NCBI GenBank assembly: GCA_003344405.1
Contig: NOWV01000125.1
Location: forward strand, 1-64,000
Source of the DNA: Trichoplax sp. H2
Taxonomy: Eukaryota
Reading direction: 5' to 3'
DNA length: 64,000 nt
The notes beneath the pieces were generated by a model that was not told the DNA's origin, ran no database searches, and worked only from the letters and a program-made list of their open reading frames with translations. Both the position numbers and the translations under genes were made by a program. How positions within the stretch are numbered: the first letter of the stretch is position 1; each line of letters begins with the position of its first letter. This document shows, piece after piece, positions 1 to 14,200 of the stretch.

Positions 1-106
1 TTGGGACTATATTAACACATCTAAATTACTTTGTACTTTCGACTTTCAATACTCGTAATGTGGTCTTCATAGTTGCAGCGATTCTGAGCTTATAATAATT
101 ACTTAG

Positions 107-2128
107 ACTATTGCAAGCCTAATGTGTACATCGAACGCCAATGGTTTCCAATGTTTCTGTCAGAAAGGATTCTATGGAAATCGGTGTCAATTTCGTTAGT
201 TTATGATCTAGTTTACGTGACTGATTGGTTTAGCTTCTTTTCGCCATTGCTAAAGTAGTAACTTAATTTATTTCAACTATTTTCAGATTACTGCGAACCA
301 AATCCCTGTAGAAATGGTGGCGGATGTGCCTACCTTAACAACGGTTATCGGTGCCTTTGTCGTGCAGGATATTATGGAAAGAATTGCGAAAATGGTAAGT
401 AAAAGATATTTCTTTCCAGATAAATATTTATAAACATTACTCTAAAGCTTTCTCATGTTTTCAAGATAATTGGAAAGAATTCTATCTGTTGCAATAAGTG
501 TCTTTGTTAATTGCTCACATCTAAATATAATTACTTCCACCAGCACCTTGTTTGCCTAACCCTTGTAAACATGGAATATGTCGAGTGAATAAAGATTACA
601 AGAGTTTTGTCTGTGTTTGTAACTTTGGTTACTACGGAAAAACTTGCCAAAATAGTAAGTTTTTTAAGATTCCTCTAGACAGATCTACACCAGTGCCATA
701 TCACCCTAATTTCATGACGGCTGCGATGGAAATTTTGATGTAATTTGGAATTGGCTAGATAGCGAGTAGGCTGACTATATATCAGCTAGTCATTAGGCAA
801 AGTGAATATTCAAATAATTTTTACTTATCTTTTGCGTATAAACTAGGACTAACTTTCTCTTTAGAGCAAATTGTTACTATAATTTATGCAATTTATTGCG
901 AAATAGTTTAGCTTGAAGACTAAGTAATCTTTAGTAATTTTCCAGAGCCGTTTAAAAGTGCTCCATTCTTCACTGATCGTTATTAAGCATACTCTACGCA
1001 TTGAATAGATACATGTTTTAATACCGTAGTTACTCAATGCTCTGCTAATTTTATGCATCGTGATTGGAATCATTCAACCACAGGTTTTTGTAATCCTAAT
1101 CCATGCAAAAATGGTGGCAGATGTATTGCCAGCAGGACTAGCTATATTTGTCAGTGTAAGGCTGGATTATATGGTCGTATTTGCGATAAAGGTATAATAA
1201 ATCAAAATTTTAAATTCACACTGAAGGTGAAATCTTTTGAATTAATGTTAGATTCAACAGTGAAAGATTAAATAATTTTGTAGTGATTTCAGCTAATTAC
1301 AGCAGTTTTTGTGTAGGTAATACAATGATAGCATGTACTGTAGAACTAGGGCTAAGAACCCGTACACTACAAATTTCAATCCTATGAACTCATAAATCTG
1401 ATTTATCATCGTCTTATACTAAGATTATTGTAAGCCTAATCCTTGCCGTCATGGAAAATGTATTGCTTTCGGTAACAAATTTCGATGCCAATGTAATCGC
1501 GGATTCTATGGACTTAAATGTGAAGAATTAATAAGTGGTAAGTTACCAGATCAATTTCATCTTATAGTTTATTAAAGTATTGATACTTTGCTGATATTTT
1601 TATGATCTAACAGAAGTAAGAAATTGCTAAACCAGTAGTATGCGAGGCTTAGTAGATTTAGCTAGTATTAATGTTTGTTAATGCAAAATGTTCTACCAGT
1701 ATCGCGCAGTGGATTATAAGATACCTGATAAGTCACTCATTTAATCTATCCTCATCACCTTATAAAAATGCAATACATGAGTAACAGGTTACTATTATAG
1801 TTACCCTCTACCGAAGTTATTGATGAATAATAATCCGCTTAGGCCTTGTCTAGGTGCCCGCTTTACTATACTAAATTATGTGATAGAATATTACTTGAAT
1901 TATACCAAAAGCAACATAAGTATATAAATTATTTTACTCATCTGTCAGAGGTATAAAATTGAGCTATTTATATTGGAAGTTTATAAAGCTGCTGTAAAAA
2001 GCTGATACATAATAATTTCTCTATTAAGATAGAGCAAAATATTCATCATCATGCCTTATATCATTTCTATACATATAACAATTTTAGACATACCATGCAT
2101 CAAGAAACCAATCAAGATTTGCCCGTAG
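107..2128 (+). CDS. 3' part of an EGF-repeat protein gene (5' end outside the window)
   Basis: Phase-1 single-EGF exons with AG/GT ends: 107-194 (frameshifted), 287-394 ([36 protein letters not shown]), 544-654, 1084-1191, 1424-1537. Probable short terminal exon 2088-2128 ([13 protein letters not shown]). Alternatively 1537 could splice in phase to 6300 and join the next gene. Confidence 0.75.
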
Positions 2129-4654
2129 CAATTTCATTTTTGATCCAACTCTTGAAGGAAACCCGAAATTTAAGTGTAGTTGATCTAGGATATAATCATT
2201 ATCAAATCTTTTGCAATATTCACATCTCGATAAATTACATCATAAAACAATTTTGAGTAATAGAAATAAGATGAAATCTTGTAATAATTTGTGAAGTATT
2301 AATTAATCCTTTAGAATATCATTATAATTGTATACATAATTTTTTTAAGCCTAATATGAAAAGGATGCTAATAAATTTCAATAGAACAATCGCCATAAAT
2401 GCCCTGTTTCTTTCCTTAAATATTGTAACCAATATCGATTTTAGTTTATTAGCTATGTAATTAAACGTTTAATAGATTTTCTTTAACTTAAATGTTCTAC
2501 CAAATTCGTAAATATGGAGATTAAAGCTATATTCTTACGTGCCGCCAATCCATTCTAGTGCACTTATATAAAACTAGCATTAACACAATACAACAGAGTA
2601 GTAATATTCCAATAGGTATTGAATTAATAGTCCATATACGGTATTTTACCAAAATAAGGCAAAACAATAATAGAATGCTGGATAATACGAAATACACAAA
2701 ATGATAGAGCAGTTATAACAAGTTTATTCTATAAGAATGCAGCGAAGTTGTAGGATAAGTTATTATTATCAACATGTTATATAAAAGTAAAATTAGATAT
2801 AACTTAAAAATATTACCAAATCTTGAGTTGTTGATAGTAGCTATATAAGAGTAATGTTTATGGTAATTTAAATATTTTAATTTCAGCTTCGTAGAGTGGA
2901 ACACTAATCTTGGTATTTCGTTCTCATACTCAGTTATGTAAGGATTTAGTGATCTTACTAGCAATCTTTATGTTGTAAATAAGTTAGGCGAAGTGTTTAT
3001 GGAAATATATTTTTGTGTTATTGTTCAGAGTTTGTGATATGATATGTTCATATTCGTATGTACACCTTTGAACACTCAATAAAAGATCATGAAATATAAA
3101 GAATTTGCTCACTCTTATATCGATGTATTTTTGTATAGTCTAGAAATTTACTACTTAGAAAAATTATCATAGGATCAGTGCATGTACGACAGCTTTTAAG
3201 GACATCCAACACCTTGCATTCATAGTCACACTTCCTACATTAACCTCTCATGTCGTAAATTAGCAAAAAACATAGGACTAACAATGAACATTACTAGCAG
3301 AGCTCTTAAAAGTTATTGAATTTACGTCGTCTGTTATACAGTGTTACTGAATGAGTACTATGCAAATATTGAAAGAGCATTCTTGCTATGCGTTTGGTAA
3401 CCGAAAAATACCATAACTTTATTTATTTGATCATTGGTCGTTAAAACTGATCAGCAATCGTTACCGTATCCAAAGCAATCAATAAAATCCCCTGAGATTA
3501 TAACGTATACTCTCAAGTATGCAATCATTCAATTTTACTCTAAGCCATAGTATAAGTGATAAATCCAAGCTATTTTTGCCGATAGTACAATTTATCAAGA
3601 CTCAAATCGCTTCTTCACGATACTATATCGCTAATATAGACCGCATGTAATACAAAGTCATGATATTTCATCATTCACTTATTAGATTTTTAGACGTACG
3701 GTTTTTCTACATAGGCTAATGAACGCCGCCTAGCTATATTATGGTACAGTAGTTTACAGTATACCCTAGACTATTCAATAATAATGGTTTGATGTCTTCA
3801 ATATTAGCATCACAAGAACAGTCATAAGTAAATAAACACGTGAAAAATGCTATTGGCTTAGTCAATAAATATATTTAAATAAAATGCTAATTAGTTTAAT
3901 GTCCTACCTCTTTACTGACAGAAATACTGTGTTACAGTTCGTTGTAATGATAATGATTCTGATTGCTATACTTTTTACATCATTAAGCTAAATATACTTT
4001 TTCCCTACACAGTAAGTTATTGCAAATTTCTTATTTACCTTATTAGTAAGAATCTGAGCCTGCATTCTAAAATATTTACAACATCGACAAGCAAGAGATA
4101 AAAGGAGGATATTTACCGATAAGAATTTTGTGACAGAATATGAATTGTCCTTAATGGTATAGTAATCCTACTTGTAGAGGACTACAAAGTGCGTTAGTTA
4201 TTAAAAAGTACTCTTTCAACAGCCCAACTAATATATATACAATAAGATCTCAACTGCAATATTTACCGAACATTTTTAAGTTTCGTTTAGTACTATGGGA
4301 TAGAACATAGAGTTCAAAAGTGATATTTTACTTGGAATTTAATTGCATAAATTTAATTGCACATGATTCTATCATGATTATCTAAATAGCAATTACATAA
4401 TCCGGTAATTAATAGTGTATAATGAAATTCCTTATATACCCTTAAAGATTTCAATATCATCTAAGCAACTCATCAGTCATACAAATGAAAACAAGCAATT
4501 CAAATTAACAAAATGTTTAAGAACTTATTTGTTGCCAGAATATTTTGGGTATGTTGGAAACTAATAACCTAATAATTACAAAGTTAACTGAACCATGAAA
4601 CAATGTTCGTAATTATAATTTTACTTTTATTACGTTTATTGTGATAAAATCCGA

Positions 4655-5200
4655 TTATGAAAATTCCAAAGTTGTAGAAAATTAGAACTTTATTAGATCT
4701 AATACAAAGACTAGCTACACACAGCTCTACTCTAGACGAATACAACTACTGAAAGACTTCTAGAAAGAACAATCAGATAATCTAATGTCTCCAACTTTCG
4801 TACTCTCCGTAGCCTTCCCATCTACAATGAGCATAGCAGTATTCTAACATATTTTACACGTATTCAGATTATTATTAGTCACAATATTTTATAGCGAGCC
4901 ATCTTTAATTCAACATGAAAATGAATACAGTAATTTTGTAGACATTATTCCTACTACTCAAAGTACAATGAACTAAACATATCCTAATATATGATTTACA
5001 ATTCTATTTCTACCTCTAACCTTATTAGTAGCTCATCATCTTACTGTATATAGTCATCTGTATTTTAGTATAGAGTCTATCCTTACAGTCTATAATTATG
5101 GGCTACTAAATATATATCATAAGATAAATATAGAAAAGACACTACCGTACATCATACTAAACATGGCTAATAGTCTACAATTACAATACTAAGTTACTTT
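4655..5200. repeat. Dispersed ~550-bp repeat, copy 1 (similar to 22110-22680)
   Basis: Shared colinear blocks, e.g. ATTAGAACTTT..AGATCT..ATACAAAGA, CATATCCTAATATATGA.TTACA, GATAAATATAGAAA, AATACTAAGTTAC. Confidence 0.75.
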
Positions 5201-5271
5201 ACTTTTTATAAAACTCTATCAGTATGTAAGATTTATTTATGAATTTATAACGTTTTACTTCTTCTGGCTAG

Positions 5272-8200
5272 GTTGCAGTCTTGGTTATACCATTATTTGC
5301 ATCCGGTAAGTAATGTGTACTCTACAGTGCTTTTATGAAATATCGCAATTAGTCTTATTTTAAAAGCTATCGAGATATATCAAGCTACCCTACATTAGAA
5401 TAAGCAAAGAATAATAATTTTCTTTAAAGAAGATCATGTCTTTGAATATGAATTTCGCTCATTCTTTTAGCTTTGGAATTATTTATATGATATCGTAACA
5501 TCCTCATGAGCTGCTGACTATAGCACGAGTACCAGTACATAATTTTATTATTTAAATAATATCTACGTTTAGTCATGCAAATAATGACTATGTTGATTGG
5601 ATAGAAGTAAGTCATCTACCTAAATCAGATTGAACACTATCAAGACGTAGTCGATATGTAGTCTGACACAGTACATCAATTAATAATGATATCAATCGAT
5701 GATAAAAACATTTTAAAGTTGAGATTTATTCCACGTACGTAATTTAAAGACATTGACTACCATCATAAATGACAATGATCATGACTAGATAAAAGTCGTA
5801 AATTGTCTACCTAAATTAGATTGAATGCTCCAAAGATGTAGTAGATATGTAGTCTGACATAGTACATCAATCAGAAAAGAAATCGATCGTAAAACTTTTT
5901 ATAAAAGTTGCTTTATTTCATATGCGCCCTAAAGCATATTTACAGCCATTAGAATAGTTCCCATTTAAATACTATGATTTTAAATTCAATAGTTATGATT
6001 TAACTAAAATCAAATATACGAGTAGATGTACTAAAATTGCTTTCCATAACGTAGTTTCCCTTTGATATCATACACAAGGCAAATTATATCTTTGAAAATA
6101 TTTCATCAATTTCAGTTATTCGAGGAAAGATCATTTCTTATGAATAAATCGCTTATTGATCGTCAATTTGACTTCGTATTGTATATGGAAGTTTTATCTC
6201 ATTTTGGCTATTAATACAGAAACAGGAATAACAAATTAAGTGAATATCCAATTTAAATTTATCTTTATAACATCGATTGACTTTATCTTTCTAAAATAGA
6301 TCCCTGTCAAGATTATCATCCATTAAATGATACTGGTAGATCCATTAGCTCAGAAGTAGATACAATTTTCAAATGCGACAAATCCTTAATACATCAATGG
6401 TATCGATTTACTGATGGAAATAAGAGTGAACTGATTCTAAATAAATGTGCTAAAGCATATGGAAAATGTGGTACTATATCTCCAGGTTGGATGCAAGGCA
6501 CCCATCCAGCAGGTAATTAAAATACAGATAATTCGTAGATCAATTCAATTTCGATCTGGCCAACTTGAATCGTCAAGCGTGAAATATTTGATTGAACATG
6601 ATTACGAATTATTGAAATAATCCAGCAAGATTTGTCATAGTATGAGATTTCTAAATTCTGCACAACATCTACTTTTTATTACATTATTAATGCTATGATA
6701 GTATTGGAGAATTGAACTAAGTCATTGCTTACTACATCTATAGTGGCCGACGATATCGTTAACAGGACAGTCTGCTTCTATAGAGATGAGAACTGTTGTG
6801 CATCAAAGTCTCAAATTCAAGTTAAAAACTGCGGTTCCTTCATGGTATATCGATTGCCGCCATTGCCAAATATTCCTGTTTGCAGGCGTTATTGTACAAC
6901 TGCCATGGGTAAAGCAATTGCTATTATCTTTTAATATTAACATAATTACGCACGTAATCTTCTTAATTAAGAAGTTTGATTACAATTATACAAATAAATG
7001 TTAAAGTCACGATAAAAGATAAAATAACATTGTGAAAATAAAGAACTAAATTGGTTTTAATTTATTACTTTCGAATTCCTTTATCTTAGTAATTGTTAGA
7101 TAGCTCGATTTTTTTAGTGGATAGAAAAAACTTAAAGTATTGGCCTACACTGACTTGAATATTAAGATCAATAAACTTTAAATTATATTACTCTCCAATA
7201 TCTAGTACTGTAAAGCCAAGTTTTTAGTTTAAAGTGACAGTGCTAGTTAATTTCCCTATAGAATTCATTTTAATTTACAATTTTCCAACTAGTTATCATC
7301 GAGAAGTGATAAAAGGAATTTCCGTGAATTAACCTTAAATCCTCTATACAATTGGCTCAATATAAAATATTAGTAATTCGTAATCTAGTTCAATCTATAA
7401 TTAATATTTCTAGCAAGTTATCATATTTAAAATCGAATTTTATTTTAAAACAACGAAGCCAGTTAATTTATTCGTAGAATTGAATTCAATTACCAATCTT
7501 TCCAACTAGTTATCATTGCGAAGTGATATGGATAGTTTCCAAGAATTAACCTCAAATTGTTTTTACAATAACTCAACATTAAAATAGAAGTTCTACTACT
7601 AATTTACAATCCAGTTCAACTTATAATCTTTCTAGTAAGTTACCATATTACAAATTGAGTTAAATCCAGTCATTAGTTTAAATTAACAACGCCAATTAAT
7701 TTTCTCATAGAATTTGGTTCGGTTTGCAATCTTATGACTAGTTATCATCAAGATGCGATAAGGATCATTTCCATGAATTAACTCTAATACTCTATACAAA
7801 TTACTCAGTATATCGTAAAAATAATACTACCACTACTAATTTATTATCTAGTTTAACCTATTATCTTTCTAGTAAGTTATCATATCTCAAATTAATGCCA
7901 TTAATTTTAACAAATATTTATGTTATTTAATGTAAATTGACGCCACTACTGTATTTTAAATTTTATTATTGGTAGGACTTTATTCTTATTTTATAGGTAA
8001 AGTGCTTATAATTTTATCTTAACGATTTTATAGATCCATGTGATTATTACGATACACTAAGTGACATTAGTAGATCAGATACGACCCTGTCAACCAATAG
8101 CCTCCAACAAAACTACCTATGTGATGATCATCTTAATAATACATGGTATCGATTTAAATATGGAGAAGTTGATCATATCATAAAAACGGAATGTATTGAA

Positions 8201-11200
8201 GCGAATTCAAAATGCGGAACCTATTCACCAGGATGGATGTTAGAAGAGCATCCTACAGGTATTTAAATCTCAACATACCCTTGTATTTGTAAAATTTTTA
8301 GTTCACTGCAGTTTAAAGATAAGCTTTAATGGAAAAGTCTCTTGGACGATTGGGTACACTAGTTCACAAAATACTTATACCAGTGATAAAGACTGGCATC
8401 ATAAGAAATCTAGTTTAATTAATATAAGAGAATTTATTTCGAGCTAACCAAAGAGTCGCATTAAGATTATAGAAATTTAGAAATAAATAGTTGATAACCT
8501 TGATAGTATTCATAAAATAAAATAGAACATGGTTCGACAAAGTAGAATATATTAGATCCATCAAGCTTGTCTAAAAATTTATACTAGTATATATGTATGA
8601 TGAATAGATCAACTAAATTAAGATCTAATAAAACGTATAACATTCTTTTCTTATTACAGTGGACGATAAGATTGTCAGTAGAAAAGTTTGTTTTTATTTC
8701 CTTGGTGATTGCTGCTATAAAAAGTCATCAATTCAAGTTAAAAATTGTAGTAACTTTATGATCTACCGACTGTCATCGACAACGCGACATCAAATGTGTA
8801 GTCGTTATTGCTCCACTCAAGTTGGTCTGTAATATTAATTTATTTTTTAAAATACCTATCAAAAGTATAATAATTAGATTTGCTGATTTGAGATGCTACT
8901 TAAAGAATGGCAAACTAAACTATTTCATTAAAATATAGATCAATGTAATCCCAATCCATGTCTTCATGATGGCAATTGTACGAGGGCAGGTAAAAGTTTT
9001 TCCTGCGCGTGCCATGAAAATTATAACGGAAGAAGTTGTGAAAATGGTATGTAAGCATGTATCATATAACTCAATCACCAAAGCATCACTCATAATAATA
9101 AATTGATGATCAGTTTTATTCATAACAGTAATTAAACTTAAAAATACTCAATGTAAGTGGTAACTTTTTCACTGCTAAAGTTTCAGGTATTGCAAAACAA
9201 ATAACATTTATGCTAAACTAGTAGTAGGATCGTAACCTATTGTGTTAACGTCCAATATACGACATTTAGTTAAACTATAGCCTTTATCCTTGTAAACTAC
9301 GATAGTATGATCATATACTAAAATCCGTCAAGGATAGAAATGTGCCACTGAGCAATGATATTTTAAGAGCCGGCAATTCTACTTGTAATTACAGTAATGG
9401 TTTTATTAATCAAAGTAAGCATTAATTAGGTTATTTTTGTTGCGTTGTTTAAAATTTTATTATATCATAACTTAGATATGAAAGATTATTAAGCATAAGA
9501 ATAAGTATTGATACTGAGAACAATGAGTAATAAGTACAGTAATATATATTTATACCATTTTTGGAAACTCCTAAAGATACTGTACTCATTCTAAGATATT
9601 AGCTAAATAGTTATTTTTTCAATGAAAGTAAATATTGTTTCGGCTAGTTTTTATTATTATGATTAAATTTTAATATCATATTACAACCAAGACATCAACG
9701 ATTATTAAACATAAGAACAAGTACTGATATTGAGTACCATAAGAATGAATATACAGTACAGTAATGTATATTTATACCTTTTTTGGAAATTCCTAAAAGT
9801 ACCATACGGTACTGATTCTAAAATATCAGATACGCATAAAATTCGAATATGAAACAAGTTAATTTTGAAAACATTAGGTACTTATATCCCTTCTTTAATT
9901 TTACAGTAAAGAACTAACTGTAATTTAAACCTGTTGTAAACTCAAGATAACTTGTTATCAAATTTTTCAGCAGAAAAGCATCAGTAATCATACTACAGCC
10001 ATTACTTTTAACTTACATAGACAATATGAAGCCTTTAATAACTAAGAGCTCCATTTACAGATCTAAATTCTTGCCGAAGTAATCCTTGTATTCATGGAAG
10101 ATGTCAAAATATAAATTATTCTTATCTATGCCAATGCCATGCTGGCTACACGGGGACAGATTGTGAATTAGGTATATTTATATCGCGTATGATAATTAAC
10201 ATACAAATGTAGCGATTCGTGTTTGCCTAAGTAAAAAAATTCTTTCATTTAGACATTGATGAGTGTACTGAGAATATAAAAAAATGCAAAGAATTATGCA
10301 TTAACTCATATGGCAACTATTCTTGCGGTTGTCATCATGGCAGGGAATTATCAAATGACAAAATTTCTTGTTACGGTATTATTTGCTTACTATATAAGCC
10401 TTTCTCATAAGTTAAAAATATCCTTATTTAATGTTTTCAATATCAAAGCTCAAAGTTAAAACTATTTGGCATTTCTTTATTTTTTCCGCCAATTGCAGAT
10501 CCATGCAAAAATGCAATTATGATTAATGATTCTAGTCGATCAGTTTACACATTGAGCAATAATTTCCTCAAATGCGATAAAGAAGGCTGGAAGACGGCTT
10601 GGTATCGATTTAATGGCGGAGTCAATAGCCAGATGATGGCGACAGGATACGTCAAAATTACTTCATGTGAGACGATATTCCCTGGATGGTTAAAGGGCAA
10701 TCATCCTACAGGTAACGCTGCTAAAATATCATCTACTTAAAAGCAGCATTATCTAAGCTACTAATATATCAAATTAAGATTTTTTTGCTTTTAAAATTAA
10801 CTAACTATCAACATAGTCATCAAGAATTCCACTACTGGATATTTTATCTTTAAGCTATGCTTGAATAATAGTAAACATCTAAAACTGAAAGGCAGCATTA
10901 AAACTCATATCTCATTCATAAGTAATCTATGAAACGACATATATTTGACACGACTTTATTTCAGCTATAAAATCAATTTCTAATTTATTTCCAGTCAAGC
11001 AAGGCATCATCAATGGTACCGTATGCTTTACATCTGGTACTCTTCGCTGCCAAAAAAAGCAATACATTAAGATCAAAAATTGTCATTCCTACTTTGTTTA
11101 TTATCTTCCACCTGTATCTGAATGTTATCAACGCTATTGCACAGATAGATATGGTAAAGTTTGCATTGATTCACTAATAAATTAAGAGGTTTCACAGTAG

Positions 11201-14200
11201 TCATTTTAATGGATTAGTAGCATATATTAGTAATGCGCTACAACTTTATATTCAATCTGGTATAAAATAAATTTGAGTAACTTACAAGCAGCTATAATTT
11301 TGGTACCTTAGCACTATTTGTTACTAAAATCATCCAGCAACATGAGGATATACCAGGATGCTAGTGATATGCATACGTACGCAAACACAGCAGTTTTACA
11401 ATACATACTTAGTATAGGATGAAATTAAAATCTTAGTTTGCTATGCATAGCAGTATATTTAGCGAGCATTTGCTCGATGTAAGATTGAATTTGGTGTATT
11501 TATCGTAGATACAGTTAGCTTTGATTTTACGACGGTGGTTTATACTTTTTCTTACAGATTTTTGTAGCTCTAACCCTTGTTTGAATGGTACATGCACTGA
11601 TAGTCCTTCAGGATTTCGATGCCAATGTAATCATGGGTATACTGGATTATACTGTCATCAAGGTAGGCTTGGTAAAAATAAATTGTAGAGAACCGTCATC
11701 TTGACATAAAAGACGGTCATATTCCTGATTCAAAAGCTCTGATTTCATTACGAGTCGTACGGTCGCTATATTTGTATATATAGATTGACCTGATTTTCAC
11801 TTATATATGGTATAATGCCTTTACGTAGCTATTGATATAGGGTGCTAAATTAATTAACATTCTAGAGTTGAGGGAATTTTTACCTTTATGGTTAATCCTA
11901 GTAATTTTCGTTATTACTCTAGTGATTTAGAATAGTCTGTGTATCTTCTGGACGTGGTATAAAATGCTAATAAACCCATCTAAAGTATATTTTAAATCTA
12001 GTTACCTTGATTTTCTTTTGTATCGTACCAGTGAATTTACATAACTATTGACATGGAGATGCTAAATTAATTAGCTCTCTAGAGTATAGGCTATTTTTTA
12101 CCTCTACGCTTAATCCAAGTATCGTTCGTTATTATTCTAGGAATTTAAAATAGCTTGTGTATCTTCTATATATGATATAAAATGCTAATAAACCTACCTA
12201 AGACGCATTTAAACCAAGTTATATTCCAACCAATGCATTTAGCTCTGAAAGAATGCGATCGTAAACCATGCGAAAACGGTATTTGCGTACAACATCAAAA
12301 CAGTTATAAATGCCGATGTAATCCAGGTTTCAAAGGAATAAACTGCGAAAAAGGTTGAAAGAATTTAAAAAAATTCGTTTATAACATATAGATATTAAAT
12401 AACTCTTACCTAGAGTATACGCGTGCGATAACATTGACCTAATGCGACACTTCAAATTAATGCAACTTCTGAGCTATAATAAATTCTTTAGTAAGCTACT
12501 AATTATATACTATATTATTATTTCCCGTAGATACTGATGAATGTAAGAATAATAACGGTGGCTGTTCTAATGACTGTCATAATACATTCGGCAGTTATAC
12601 ATGCAAATGTCCTTCAGATCTAGTCTTAGCACAGAATGGCCACAATTGCTACGGTAAGTATCTAAGGAGTCAAGTGTTATTAAAACACATAACTGCTTCA
12701 TTAGATGATAGCAATTATTTCCGATAGGTTAGCCAATATAAATGGTCTAAGCCAAATCTAGTTGATTTTGATAAGACAATATTATATTTAGGATGCTACT
12801 AATGATGTTACGTAAGAACTTGGTTAATATGTTATACCCATTCCACCGCTAGATCCATGCAACAACTACTTACAGTCCTTTGATCGATCACGGCATCTTT
12901 CTGATCGAATAAAGTTCCCTCTCCTCTGCGATAATCACTTCAGCAAAAACACTTGGTATCGCTTTAATATTAATTCGACATCAATGGTCCTTCCAACAGA
13001 ATGTACTCCTATGCGACGTTGCCAAACTACATTGTCCGGTTGGATGAACGGATCACATCCTTCAAGTAATGTATCACTTTTCCATGAGCTTATAGAATTT
13101 ACTTCAATGGTATTAAAGTTGAGCAAACAACTTAAAATGTTTTTTGACGATGTACTTTTGAAAGAGAATTGAAAGTGTTATTGCTTAGTAATATGTACTG
13201 CTAGCTTCTATCACAGCAATAAATATTCTTTCTTTATGTAATCATGATCGTTATCTAGAACAAGAAGGAATTGTTAGCAGAAAGGCTTGTTTTAGCTATG
13301 CAAATGACTGCTGTTATAAATCCAACAATATTAGGGTCAAAAATTGTTCTAATTACATAGTGTACAACCTTCCCGAGGTGAATTGTAATCCACCTAGTAG
13401 ATACTGCGTCGTAGAAAACAGTAAGTTCCTAATTGAATACCAGAACGGTGATGAGCAAATTCTGATTCTAACATATTGATATATTTATATCGATTAATAT
13501 AGACCTTAATTTGACAATATTTTGAATTTTTTTAGACATATGCAAGGCTGACACATGTTTGAATAATGGTAAATGTTTTACAGTTAATGCTACACATTTT
13601 CATTGCCTGTGTCAAGCTGGCTATACAGGAAAGCAATGTGAGCTTGGTATGTAAAATTTATAACGATCATTTTCCATCTTTAAATTTTTCACGATATATC
13701 ATTGTGCAGTACCAATTAATTTTCTGAAAGATTAATTATAAACTCAAGTGATTTACGCTTGCAATATTATCTTCTTTGTTCTCAATATGAGCATTTCCTT
13801 TTCGCCTAACAGTTATTAATGCCTGCCAATCTAATCCATGCTACGAGGGAACTTGCATTAGTTACATCAATAAGTACGTTTGTAAATGCATGCCAGGGAC
13901 AACGGGAGTAAATTGTAATCAAGGTAGTGCAATTTTCTAAATAAGCAATTAGTAATTGATTTCGGTGTTAAGTGCCGCTTTGCATAACATCAACTAGATC
14001 TTGATGAATGCTCAATTAACAACGGTGGCTGCAGCGATATCTGCGTTAACTTGTATGGAAGTTACGATTGCGAGTGTCCGAAATATAAAATCCTCGCTGA
14101 TGACAGACGTACCTGTAGAGGTATAATTATAAAATTCTATTGCTTTATAGTAATCAAAGGAATTCACAATTTCAAGTACTTAAATATTTTATTGTTACAA

